A DNA stretch of 29,641 bases, from the NCBI GenBank assembly GCA_034189385.1, contig JAXHVD010000021.1, positions 45,141-74,781 on the forward strand, written 5' to 3'. The notes under the pieces are model-generated. The model had not been told where the DNA came from, did no database searches, and saw nothing but the letters and a program-made list of their open reading frames with translations. The translations under genes and the position numbers were made by a program. This document shows positions 1 through 8,727 of the stretch, in pieces. Positions within the stretch are counted from its first letter, which is position 1. The number at the start of each line of letters is the position of its first letter. Source of the stretch: Thermodesulfobacteriota bacterium (GTDB lineage: Bacteria > Desulfobacterota > Desulfobacteria > Desulfobacterales > C00003060).

Positions 1-2077
1 AAAGTCCGAGGTTGCCATAGTCTGCGGCGAGGTAGCTGCCATAGACTGACAGCCACTGGGGGTCTTCTTCGTTGAGCTGGGTCCAATCGGCGCCGTCAAA
101 GTGCCAGAGGCCCAGGGTTCCGAAATCGACAGCCAGGCCGGAGTTGTAAGCGACCATGGTGTTTCCGGTGTTGTCCGGATCAGAGGCGCCTATGGCCGAT
201 TCATCGAGATGGCCGTTATCGCCAAGGTCTTGTTCACCGTCAGGGGGATGGCTTGTTTGCGCAGAGATAGCAAAGGCAATAGTCTCGGACCACTCTGAGG
301 GCTTTAAATCGATGTCGTAGAATCGGACTCGGACATAATAGACCCTGCCAGCCTCTAGTACTGCATCTGGCACGTTCAGCTCTGTGGGTTGCTGAGTGGT
401 CGCTACGTCGAGGATCGTGAGGTGAAAGTCAGCCTCCTCGCTGATTTGCCATTGGGTCTGTCCATGGGGATCCCCATCAGGGTCTGAGAAAGCTTCCGTC
501 ACGATGCACGGTTGAGGGGCGCAGTCCATCTGGCCATCTTCGGGATAAAGAACAACGGGCTTCAGTGGGGCCCGGTTGGAGTCTGTGATGGTTATTTCCA
601 TGTGGGCTGTTTCCATCATATCTTTGTATGCGTAAAAAGCCGCTATGGTCACCGCCTGATCGCCAATTACCTGAGAAGCGGACAGGACTCCGTTACTATC
701 AATACTTGCATAGGAAGAATCCTCTCCCCAGCTAGCGGTTTCCGTGACTGTTTCAGTCGTACCATCACCGAAGGTGACCAAGGCCGTATAGGTGGCCGTC
801 GTGTCCTCTGGCACAGATTCTGGCCCGCTAATAGACAGGGTGAACTGTTCGGAGGGGGCGGTCACCGACGTGGTGGTAAACTCAATGATGTCAGACCACT
901 CCGAGGGTTCCAGGAAAGCATCATAGAATCGTACGCGAACATAGTAGATTCCATCTGGTTCCAGGAACATCTCTGGCACGGTCAGTTGGGTAAGTTGCCT
1001 GGTACTCGTCATATCAAAAATGTTCGGGTCGAATTCGGCATTCTTGCTAATTTGCCATTTGGTTTGTTCATGGGAATCGGCGTCAGGGTCTGAAAAAGGT
1101 TCTGTTACGATAATGGGTTGCAGGTCACACCCCATCTGGCCATCATAGGGCGCGATGATTACCGGCCTGGAGGGGGGGGCGTTTGAGTCAAGGATGGTGA
1201 CCTGCTTTTCTACTGTCTGTGTCTCGCCCTGGTAAGTGAATGAGGCCGTAATGATAACTGTCTGGTCGGTATTCACCTCTGAGGTGGACAGGATGCCATC
1301 GCTGTTAATACTGGCATAGGAGGAATCCTGGTCCCAGGCAACAATTGGGGTAAGATCCAGAGAGGTCCCATCATTGAGGTTGGCGGCATAAGTGGCCTGA
1401 GTGTTCTCGGCCACCGAACTCGGCCCGTTGATGGATAGGGTTGGCTGTTGCGACAGGGACCCCTCAGAGGTCACGCCAGCTTGCGACAAGGTGTTGCCTA
1501 AAGGGTCCGGTTCTTCTTTCACGTTAGCTCTGAAGCCGTAGTCTCCTAATAGGTCAAACACGCCTTCTCCACTGAGTTCATAGGCGCTCCTTTCATATAC
1601 CGATGGGCGAGAAGTGGAAGCGTTTTCTGCGGCATTGGTTCCAAACATACCAACGCCATGAGCGTTGATTCCATACGTGCCTTGCTTGAAACTGCCCTCA
1701 GAGGAAGACGAAAGCTCTTTCACATCAAAGGTACTGCCTGCCACACCCAAACGGCACTCCGCGGAATTACAGGTGTTCACGCCGATTTCCTCTTCCGCCG
1801 AGAGGGACCCTCCTATGAGGCCGGGGTCTGAGTCTGCCACATAAGCAATGTCCACGCCGGTCTCTCCAGACTCAAAGTGATTTCCCACATAGGTCGTACC
1901 CTTGGTGCTATCAACTTCCAGGGCATAGCGATTCAGTTGGCTTCCAGTGCTTTGTGTCGTGCTCATGTCTACGGACATGTCGCCCTGCACATAGGCATCT
2001 GTGTGGATCACGAAGGCGTGCCCGTGGCCACAGGCCACCCACGCCAGGGCAAAAGGGAGAATCAAGTGCCTACACAT
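1..2077 (-). CDS. Large secreted/surface protein, 3' end outside the window: signal peptide, beta-rich N-terminal domain, 2x (Ig-like + fibronectin-III-like) module, start of a DFGxxGLW propeller-like repeat region
   Basis: Hand translation gives an open frame from ATG 2077 to the window edge (692 codons, no stop, so it is absent from the ORF track). N-terminus MCRHLILPFALAWVACGHGHA looks like a signal peptide; an alternative GTG start lies at 2116. Repeated motifs: TLSIxGPxSVxE, DSSYASI, FSDPDxDxHxQTxWQIS, YYVRVRFYD, SEWS. The visible end reads VDFGTLGLWHFDGADWTQLNEEDPQWLSVYGSYLAADYGNLGL. Confidence 0.88.
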   Translation of the reverse strand, partial: MCRHLILPFALAWVACGHGHAFVIHTDAYVQGDMSVDMSTTQSTGSQLNRYALEVDSTKGTTYVGNHFESGETGVDIAYVADSDPGLIGGSLSAEEEIGVNTCNSAECRLGVAGSTFDVKELSSSSEGSFKQGTYGINAHGVGMFGTNAAENASTSRPSVYERSAYELSGEGVFDLLGDYGFRANVKEEPDPLGNTLSQAGVTSEGSLSQQPTLSINGPSSVAENTQATYAANLNDGTSLDLTPIVAWDQDSSYASINSDGILSTSEVNTDQTVIITASFTYQGETQTVEKQVTILDSNAPPSRPVIIAPYDGQMGCDLQPIIVTEPFSDPDADSHEQTKWQISKNAEFDPNIFDMTSTRQLTQLTVPEMFLEPDGIYYVRVRFYDAFLEPSEWSDIIEFTTTSVTAPSEQFTLSISGPESVPEDTTATYTALVTFGDGTTETVTETASWGEDSSYASIDSNGVLSASQVIGDQAVTIAAFYAYKDMMETAHMEITITDSNRAPLKPVVLYPEDGQMDCAPQPCIVTEAFSDPDGDPHGQTQWQISEEADFHLTILDVATTQQPTELNVPDAVLEAGRVYYVRVRFYDIDLKPSEWSETIAFAISAQTSHPPDGEQDLGDNGHLDESAIGASDPDNTGNTMVAYNSGLAVDFGTLGLWHFDGADWTQLNEEDPQWLSVYGSYLAADYGNLGL
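266..1441 (-). repeat. Intragenic tandem duplication with a period of 600 nt (200 aa); units about 1441-872 and 841-266
   Basis: The units start TLSINGPSSVAENT (1441) and TLSISGPESVPEDT (841). Both contain DSSYASI, DSN..P..PV...P.DGQM.C..QP.IVTE.FSDPD and YYVRVRFYD..L.PSEWS. Confidence 0.9.
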
Positions 2078-2227
2078 GGATGCCAGTTGTCTGATGGCCC
2101 TATTTCCTCGTATCACCTTTGTACGGGCCTGCTTGAACCCGCGGGGCCCACCTGAAAGGAGCCTCGTCACGTCAGCCAGGACAAATAGTTGACAAATTGG
2201 ACCTAAGTATACACTAATAACAGATAA

Positions 2228-2256
2228 TTTATATCAACTTAAAATTTAAAATGCAA
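2228..2256 (-). promoter_or_regulatory. Putative sigma70 promoter of the surface-protein gene, inside an AT-rich tract (about 2185-2365)
   Basis: Minus strand TTGCAT-N17-TATAAA with TG at the extended -10 position, about 150 nt upstream of the ATG. Confidence 0.45.
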
Positions 2257-2611
2257 CCTTTTTATATAAATTTATTATTTTTTAATTGTTTTTATGGTTA
2301 CTATGACCTATATTAATTTTAGTTATATATAATTAAATGTTTGTTGGTGTCTTTTATTGTTTTCATCCCGGTCCTCTTTGGAAGGCATGGCCCGGACTCT
2401 GACGCAGAGGGTACAGATGGTCTGTGGGAGCGGCCGCGCAGAGGAGAACCGTAGGGCAGGCTGCAGGTCCTCCCTGGAAGAGGCAAAGAGGGCCTCAGTT
2501 CAATATAATGATTGTTGTAAGAGGTGATGCAATGACGCTGGCGAGGGAAGATCTAGATGATCTTGGCCCTCTTGCAGGAAGGCGCTTTTTTGGGGGGGGC
2601 AGTCTCCTGGC

Positions 2612-4411
2612 CTAATCCATGGCCAGACGTTTCATCTTTTGAAGCATCTCCTCGGGCCCCAGAAAGCCTACTAATCGTTCACCGCCGACTTCTTGGCCCA
2701 TAGTGTTCAAGAAGACGATGGTGGGCAGACCTGAGACCCCGAATCTTTTGGTCAGGAGGCGGGTCTTATGATCCGGTGAGGTGCAGTTTGCTCTTACCAT
2801 GACAAACTGCCTAGCTTCCTCTGCCACCCCTTTAGCTGAGAAGGTTTCTTGATCTAGTCTCTTGCAGGCTGTACACCAATCGGCGTAGAAATCGATGAGG
2901 ATCGGCTTGTTGTCCTTTTGAAGTTCAGCAACGGACTGACCATCATATTCCACCCAGTCGATGTGTACCGGTTGCCTGTGTATGGCCTCGTTGACAAGCA
3001 GTGCTCCCACAACGATAAGCAGGCAACCGAAGACGGTGCGAGTTATCCTGAAAGCCCGGCCATAACTCTGTGCGCTTTCCAAAAATCCGAGCAACAGTCC
3101 GCCGAAGATCCCCAGCACTCCGAGATAGAAGCCCTGCTGGTCCTGGACCAGACTTCCTTGGGGAACCAATAGATAGAGGGCCACGGCAATGAGAAGGATG
3201 CCAAAGAGCTTTCGTATCCAAACCATCCACATGCCTGATTCGGGCAGCCTGTTCAAGACGCTCGAAGACATCGCCAGCAACAGGTAAGGCAACCCTAACC
3301 CGAGGCCCATGACAAAAAAGAGCAAGGTCCCCTTTGCCACGATTCCCAGTTTCGCCACAAGACCTACCAGTCCGATAATGATCCCTGCCGCACAGGGAGC
3401 AATCACAACACCCACTGTCAGTCCCATGACGAAGGAGCCGATCACGCCTTGACGCGATTGGCCCAGGCTCGTCATCAGGAATGAAGGGACTGTCAATTCA
3501 AAGGCTCCGAACATACTGGCTGCCATGGAAAGGACGATGATCGTCACCAGAATGACAAACCAGGGATTTTGAAACAAGAAACCCCATTGCTTGCCTGCCA
3601 GGGCAGAGACCAGTCCCAGGACAGAGAAGACAAGGGCAATGCCTACTACATAACACAATGCCAGGACGAAGACTCGGGATCCCTTTTTGCGGCTCTGACT
3701 GGCAAAGAAGCTCACTGTGATGGGAATGACTGGGTAGACACAGGGGGTCAGATTCAAGGCGAGTCCGAAAAGAAAAAAAGCGATGAAAGCGTAGGCAAGG
3801 CCTTTCTCAATGATCCCTTTGGCGCGTTGTTCATCTGGGGTAAAAGAGGCCTTTTGTTGGAAGACAGCTTCATTGATGCGCCCAATGGGAAGCTGGCTTT
3901 CCACAACTCTCAAAGGGATCTCAAACTTGACTGTTCTTGGCATGAAACAACTCTGATTGTCGCAGGCCTGATAGGTCAGCCCCCCTGATAGGAGTATGTC
4001 TCCCAAAGAGATACCTTCGGAAAGGCGGCCTCTGGAAAAGATCGGTAACTTGCCCGTATACACAGCTGCCTTTTGAGGGGAAAAAGAAAAGGACTTGTGC
4101 TCTGGCAAAGGATAGCTAGCGGGCGTGAAAGCGATATCGTCGCTTTCGTCGAACTTCACTGCCGTCGGGATAAGATATGGGTCTATGGGACTGTTGCTGT
4201 TGATATGGAAACCTGAATCGATGGTCGCCACAATGGCCACCTGAAAGGAGTCCCCAGCATGGATCTGTTCATGTGATGCATACGCATCCACTCGCACGAC
4301 ATCAAGGTTTTTCGAAGGCTGTCCGAAGAGGAGAGAAAAAAATGGAAACAGCAGTAACGACGTCGCTGCAAAGAGCAGCAGACCTTTGACGGGGGATCTC
4401 ACGTCAAACAT
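2612..4411 (-). CDS. dsbD: Thiol:disulfide interchange protein DsbD (three-domain)
   Basis: N-terminal domain with YQACDNQSC, transmembrane domain with LNLTPCVYP and IAPCAAG, C-terminal thioredoxin domain FYADWCTAC. Start moved to ATG 4411, which overlaps the end of tmk. Confidence 0.9.
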   Translation of the reverse strand: MFDVRSPVKGLLLFAATSLLLFPFFSLLFGQPSKNLDVVRVDAYASHEQIHAGDSFQVAIVATIDSGFHINSNSPIDPYLIPTAVKFDESDDIAFTPASYPLPEHKSFSFSPQKAAVYTGKLPIFSRGRLSEGISLGDILLSGGLTYQACDNQSCFMPRTVKFEIPLRVVESQLPIGRINEAVFQQKASFTPDEQRAKGIIEKGLAYAFIAFFLFGLALNLTPCVYPVIPITVSFFASQSRKKGSRVFVLALCYVVGIALVFSVLGLVSALAGKQWGFLFQNPWFVILVTIIVLSMAASMFGAFELTVPSFLMTSLGQSRQGVIGSFVMGLTVGVVIAPCAAGIIIGLVGLVAKLGIVAKGTLLFFVMGLGLGLPYLLLAMSSSVLNRLPESGMWMVWIRKLFGILLIAVALYLLVPQGSLVQDQQGFYLGVLGIFGGLLLGFLESAQSYGRAFRITRTVFGCLLIVVGALLVNEAIHRQPVHIDWVEYDGQSVAELQKDNKPILIDFYADWCTACKRLDQETFSAKGVAEEARQFVMVRANCTSPDHKTRLLTKRFGVSGLPTIVFLNTMGQEVGGERLVGFLGPEEMLQKMKRLAMD

Positions 4412-5045
4412 GGACTCGCTCTGCTTCTGGCAGCACGGCCACAATATCTTCATGGACGGTTTGCATGTCTCTGGAGGCGTCTATCACCCGAAACCGTTCA
4501 GGTTCAAGATTCGCCAGCGTTAGATACCCTTTGCGCACCTTTTCATGAAAGGTGAGGGCCTCCTTTTCAAAGCGGTCCTCACGAGGACCGGCATCTTTTT
4601 CCCTGATGCGTTGCCAGGCCCGCTTCAGGCCCAATGCAACGGGCAGGTCCAAGATGATAGTAAGGTCCGGTTTGAGTCGGCCCAGCACCGTGCGATGCAT
4701 TTTCCCGATGAGTTCAAGGTCAAAACCTCTAGCATACCCTTGATACACTGTCGTGGCATCAAAGAAGCGGTCTGAGACGACCACCTTATTTGCTCCCAAA
4801 GCCGGTTCAATGACCTCGCGAACATGCTGCGCCCGGTCAGCCTCATAAAGGAGGAGTTCTGTGATGGGGAGAATAGCAGTGTGGTTGGCGTTCAATAGGA
4901 TGGCCCGAATCTTTTCCCCGATCTTGGTGGCACCGGGCTCGCGTGTGGCAAGACACTCATAGCCCTTTGATTCCAGCACGGGGATGAGGAGCTCTATCTG
5001 GGTGCTCTTGCCTGAACCCTCAATCCCTTCAAAAGTAATAAACAT
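4404..5045 (-). CDS. tmk: Thymidylate kinase
   Basis: MFITFEGIEGSGKSTQ P-loop, TREPG, DRAQH, SDRF, YQG, PDLTIILD. Confidence 0.97.
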   Translation of the reverse strand: MFITFEGIEGSGKSTQIELLIPVLESKGYECLATREPGATKIGEKIRAILLNANHTAILPITELLLYEADRAQHVREVIEPALGANKVVVSDRFFDATTVYQGYARGFDLELIGKMHRTVLGRLKPDLTIILDLPVALGLKRAWQRIREKDAGPREDRFEKEALTFHEKVRKGYLTLANLEPERFRVIDASRDMQTVHEDIVAVLPEAERVHV

Positions 5046-5065
5046 CTACACTCTCTTTCCTCACA

Positions 5066-6019
5066 TCAACTGCCTGGGTTTCCTTTGTAGAAGAAGCGAT
5101 CCAAAACCCGGTGGTACGACGTCCACGTGGCCTCTGGATCCTCTTTTTCCATAAAGGTACGCACAGCGGTGACCTTGGCATCCAAGTCGTCCAGGTGGTT
5201 TAGGATAATGGCCTCAAGAGTCTTGGGCGGTTCCGGTGATCCAAAGTCACGCGTGCCATGGTGGCTCACGATCATGTGTTTCAAGACAAGGGCCAGGTCT
5301 TCAGGGAAGTCTTGAATATTAGCGATCTTTGTTTCAAGCATTTCCACCCCGATGACAATGTGGTTCAGCAGGCGGCCCGCGTCAGAATAGTCGATATGGG
5401 TTTCATAGGAAAACTCGTAAACCTTGCCAATATCGTGAAGGATCCCTCCTGCAATCAGCAAGTCTTCGTCAACGCCCTTGTAGTGACCGGAAATGGCCTG
5501 GATAAGCCGGACGATGGAAAGGGTATGCTCTAAGAGGCCACCTAAGTAGGCATGATGCATCCTTTTTGCCGCAGGCGCTGTCTTGAAAAGACCCACGAAG
5601 GTCTTGTCCTCAAAGAACGCGGCGAGAAGTCTTGACAGGTGATCGTTTTCCACTGTTTGGCTGATTTGAATCAATCGGTCCAACATCTGATCCACATCTC
5701 GCTCTGTTGCGGGAAGAAAGTCTTTGGCATCCACCTCTGCCGGATCTGCCCGTTCAAGATGCCGTACGACAACTTGCAGATTCTCCCTGTATTCGCCCAC
5801 GCTTCCCCGCACTCTCACATAGTCCCCTGGTGCAAAGGCCCTGTTTGCGGCCTGTACATTGTCCCATACGACGGCAGTCACGTCACCACTGCGGTCTGCC
5901 AGGACCAGAGTGAGATAAGGGCCTCCATCCTTCTTAAAGGCCTGCTGTTTGTCGCGAGCCACAAAGATGTCATCTATCCTCTGCCCGGCCTCTATCATGC
6001 TTACAAAGGTCTCTTTCAA
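5066..6019 (-). CDS. YhaM/Cbf1-family OB-fold + HD-domain 3'-5' exoribonuclease
   Basis: N-terminal OB fold (YLTLVLADRSG...VWD), PAAKRMHHAYLGGLLEHT, LHDIGK, SHHG, DDLDA. TTG start with GGAG upstream. Confidence 0.9.
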   Translation of the reverse strand: MKETFVSMIEAGQRIDDIFVARDKQQAFKKDGGPYLTLVLADRSGDVTAVVWDNVQAANRAFAPGDYVRVRGSVGEYRENLQVVVRHLERADPAEVDAKDFLPATERDVDQMLDRLIQISQTVENDHLSRLLAAFFEDKTFVGLFKTAPAAKRMHHAYLGGLLEHTLSIVRLIQAISGHYKGVDEDLLIAGGILHDIGKVYEFSYETHIDYSDAGRLLNHIVIGVEMLETKIANIQDFPEDLALVLKHMIVSHHGTRDFGSPEPPKTLEAIILNHLDDLDAKVTAVRTFMEKEDPEATWTSYHRVLDRFFYKGNPGS

Positions 6020-6050
6020 CGCTTTTCTCCTGGCTCTCTACGGTATGGTC

Positions 6051-6193
6051 GTGAACCGAATAAGCGAGCGCATTCCCCGCAGGTTCTGCCTGACGGCAGT
6101 GCTTTGCGGGCGGCGGGGTTAGCGAGTGTATAGTTAAAATGACAACATCCTTGCGGTGAAGATTCCCCGTGGCTTGCCGCGGGGAGGGGTCAA
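6051..6193. repeat. Non-coding double-hairpin REP/MITE-like element (IS200/IS605- or RAYT-type ends), with a nested mini-hairpin
   Basis: Two GC-rich hairpins, each starting ATTCCCCG: 6075-6118 (CCCCGCAG...CGGCGGGG, with CTGCC-TGAC-GGCAG at 6086-6099 in its loop) and 6164-6185 (TCCCCGTGGC-TT-GCCGCGGGGA). The minus strand begins TTGAC and ends TTCAC. No transposase in the window. Confidence 0.6.
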
Positions 6194-6280
6194 TTTTTCC
6201 AGGCTGGTGCATTCCACCAAGCGATCCAGTGTTTTTAGAGTGAATACCTTACCACGCGTCGCAAGAAGCATCTTTTCCAT
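6134..6280 (-). CDS. Possible 48-aa small protein whose 3' end runs into the hairpin element
   Basis: ATG 6280 follows a strong SD (GAGGAGAGGAG). Translation: MEKMLLATRGKVFTLKTLDRLVECTSLEKLTPPRGKPRGIFTARMLSF*. No family recognised. Confidence 0.3.
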   Translation of the reverse strand: MEKMLLATRGKVFTLKTLDRLVECTSLEKLTPPRGKPRGIFTARMLSF

Positions 6281-6576
6281 GTCTCCTCTCCTCACACCGA
6301 AACCGCGTCCCCCTCGGTACGTGAGAGTTTTTGGTTCCTGCGTATCCTTTTCATAGCAGACGGATCGACTTATTGAAATACCCTTTCGGCTAAGGTCGTG
6401 TGAGGCGGTGTCTCTTCATGGGGGCCGTAAGGTACCATTTTTGATAGCAATTGCAAAGTGTTGCTTTTTTATTGTGGCCTCTTTGTTGAAGGGCTTTTGT
6501 GGCGATGCGGAGCCAGGTTCTGGGAGGGGGACTTAGGCAAGATGGCATACTGATGTGTCAGCGAGCGGGTTTGTAG

Positions 6577-7335
6577 TTACTTCAACGAGATGTCCCAGTT
6601 TTTCAGATGCTCCATGGACTCATAGTCTGTCATGTCACAATGCACAGGTGTGATGGAGATGCACTTCTGACACAAAGCAGCACCGTCGGTATCTGGCCCG
6701 TGGTTGAACACCTGCGTTTCTATCCCTTGCCAATAGTAACTCTGGTCCCTTGGGTCTGTTCTCTTGTGGAAGGTCTCTTCGAGCTTGGACATGGCTTGTC
6801 TGGTGATGCGTACGGCCTCAATCTCCTCGGCAGGACAGTTTGGGATGTTCACATTCAAAAAGGTGCCCGAAGGGAGACCCTCTGTCATGACCCTGGAGAT
6901 CAAGGAGCCCACAAAGCGGGCAGCCAAGCCGTATTCATGATGTGTTGGCGGATCTTGTGAGACAGCGATGGCGGGTATACCCATGAGGGCTGCCTCCTTT
7001 GCTGCCGATACCGTGCCGGAATAGTTCAGATTGATCCCCACGTTGGCCCCGGGGTTAATGCCGGAAATGACCATGTCAGGCCGCGTTTCCAGGATCTCCA
7101 GTACGGCAAGTTTCACGCAGTCTGCCGGGGTCCCGTTGACCGCGTATCCCCGGCCGCCGTTTGTCTCTATCTTAGTGAGCCTCAAAGGACTGGTCAACGT
7201 GATGCTGTGGCCCACGGCACTTCGCTCCTTATCCGGCGCCACCACGGACACGTTGTGTTGGCGTGAGAGAACCCGTTCCACGGCCCAGAGGCCCTTGGCG
7301 TAAATGCCGTCATCATTGGTAAGCAGGATGTTCAT
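6577..7335 (-). CDS. surE: 5'/3'-nucleotidase SurE
   Basis: ILLTNDDG, VAP...S..GHSIT, GTPADCV, SGINPGANVG...YSGTVSAA. Confidence 0.97.
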   Translation of the reverse strand: MNILLTNDDGIYAKGLWAVERVLSRQHNVSVVAPDKERSAVGHSITLTSPLRLTKIETNGGRGYAVNGTPADCVKLAVLEILETRPDMVISGINPGANVGINLNYSGTVSAAKEAALMGIPAIAVSQDPPTHHEYGLAARFVGSLISRVMTEGLPSGTFLNVNIPNCPAEEIEAVRITRQAMSKLEETFHKRTDPRDQSYYWQGIETQVFNHGPDTDGAALCQKCISITPVHCDMTDYESMEHLKNWDISLK

Positions 7336-7456
7336 GTCTTTCCAATTCCTTCAGTCTGCATTGAAAGCCAACGCTGTATGTGATAGAGCCAAGGCGTATC
7401 TCCCAGCGCCCAAAGGGCCTCGCTTATCCCAACAATTTAATGGATGTCATGTGAGA

Positions 7457-8623
7457 ATGCAACTGGAAAACCAGGGAAAAACTCTACATGCTGGGCTTTA
7501 CATACACTTTCCCTTTTGCATTCGAAAGTGCCCCTATTGCGACTTCTATTCCATTACCGACCTTCGTGAAATGGATGCCTTTGTTGATGTCCTCCTGCGA
7601 GAGATGGCTGTCGTAACCATGCCTGAGGTGGCATTTGACACGATGTACATTGGTGGGGGCACCCCCTCCCTTCTCACGCCCTCACAGCTCACGAAGATTC
7701 TGCAGAGGGCTCACAGACGATGTGGCTTCACACAAGGCGTTGAAGTGACGATGGAAATGAATCCGGGAACAGTGTCTTTGGATTTCTTGAAGGCCTTTAT
7801 GCATGGCGGCGTGAACCGTGTCAATCTGGGCATTCAGTCATTTGACGACCAGCAGCTAGAGTTCTTGGGCCGCCTCCATTCGGCCCAGGAATGTCGGGAG
7901 GCACTCCGCTTGGCTCGAGCGGCCGGGGTTGAGAATGTAGGATTGGACTTGATCTATGGGCTTCCGAACCAGAGTCTGAAGGGGTGGCTAGAGGATTTGA
8001 AAGAGGCAGTGAGCTATGAACCCGAGCACCTATCGTGTTATATGCTAACCTATGAAGAGGGAACACCCTTTCACGAGTGGCGGAACGCCGGCAAATTCCG
8101 TCCGCTAGACGAAGGAGCGGCGAGAGAGCTCTTTGAACTCACCATCGATTTCTTAAGCAGCAGAGGCTATGATCACTATGAGATATCTAATTTTGCTCGG
8201 GGAAAGACTTTTCGCTCCAGACATAATCAGAAGTACTGGTCTCATGGGCCGTACGTAGGGCTCGGGCCCTCTGCCCACTCCTTTGTGTGGCCAAAGCGGT
8301 GGTGGAACCATTGCTCCCTGGGCCACTACTTGGAATCACTGGGCAGCAAGGAGCTTCCTGTGGAAGGTATGGAGCACTTGAGCAAAGGCCAACTCATGCT
8401 GGAGACCGTTTTTTTGGGTTTAAGAACCTCAGACGGGGTGGACACCTTACAATTCAAGAGACAATACAAATTGGATTTCTTCGATCTCTTTGGAGACCTT
8501 GTTGAGAGACTTGAGGCCCAAGGCCTATTGGCGGCCTCCTTTGACCGATGCGCATTGACTGTGGAGGGGATGCTCCTGTCCGATACTGTCGCAGGGATGT
8601 TCGCAGACCACGTAGGGGAATAG
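7457..8623 (+). CDS. hemW: Radical SAM heme chaperone HemW (HemN-like)
   Basis: LYIHFPFCIRKCPYCDF (CxxxCxxC), GGGTPS, YEISNFA, RHNQKYW (HNxxYW, typical of HemW). Start moved to ATG 7457 to avoid overlap with surE. Confidence 0.9.
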   Translation: MQLENQGKTLHAGLYIHFPFCIRKCPYCDFYSITDLREMDAFVDVLLREMAVVTMPEVAFDTMYIGGGTPSLLTPSQLTKILQRAHRRCGFTQGVEVTMEMNPGTVSLDFLKAFMHGGVNRVNLGIQSFDDQQLEFLGRLHSAQECREALRLARAAGVENVGLDLIYGLPNQSLKGWLEDLKEAVSYEPEHLSCYMLTYEEGTPFHEWRNAGKFRPLDEGAARELFELTIDFLSSRGYDHYEISNFARGKTFRSRHNQKYWSHGPYVGLGPSAHSFVWPKRWWNHCSLGHYLESLGSKELPVEGMEHLSKGQLMLETVFLGLRTSDGVDTLQFKRQYKLDFFDLFGDLVERLEAQGLLAASFDRCALTVEGMLLSDTVAGMFADHVGE

Positions 8624-8643
8624 GCGCTTTTGGAAAAATATGC

Positions 8644-8673
8644 TTGATTTTAGCTGGTTGCCCCATATAAAAT
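8644..8673 (+). promoter_or_regulatory. Possible sigma70 promoter for kdsD
   Basis: TTGATT-N18-TAAAAT in the hemW-kdsD gap. Confidence 0.35.
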
Positions 8674-8727
8674 GCAACATAAAGTCTTGAAATATGGCAA
8701 AAGGTGGGGAAGCAAAAGGCGACTTCC

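Noticed and set aside
100..135. Suspected frameshift near the left end of the surface-protein gene
   Set aside because: Re-reading gives GAT TTC GGA ACC CTG GGC CTC TGG in frame; there is no shift.
512..1093. 193-aa plus-strand ORF and other plus-strand ORFs in 1-2200
   Set aside because: They are antisense shadows of the long minus-strand surface-protein frame and show no protein-like motifs.
2189..2215. Plus-strand TTGACA...TACACT promoter-like pair suggesting an sRNA
   Set aside because: The spacer is only 15 nt, such matches are expected in an AT-rich tract, and no structured RNA or terminator is evident downstream.
6051..6193. CRISPR mini-array or tRNA interpretation of the hairpins
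   Set aside because: There are only two unequal units, no regular spacers, no cas genes and no cloverleaf.
7304..7456. N-terminal extension of HemW in the ORF track
   Set aside because: It overlaps the divergent surE start; family similarity begins only after ATG 7457.
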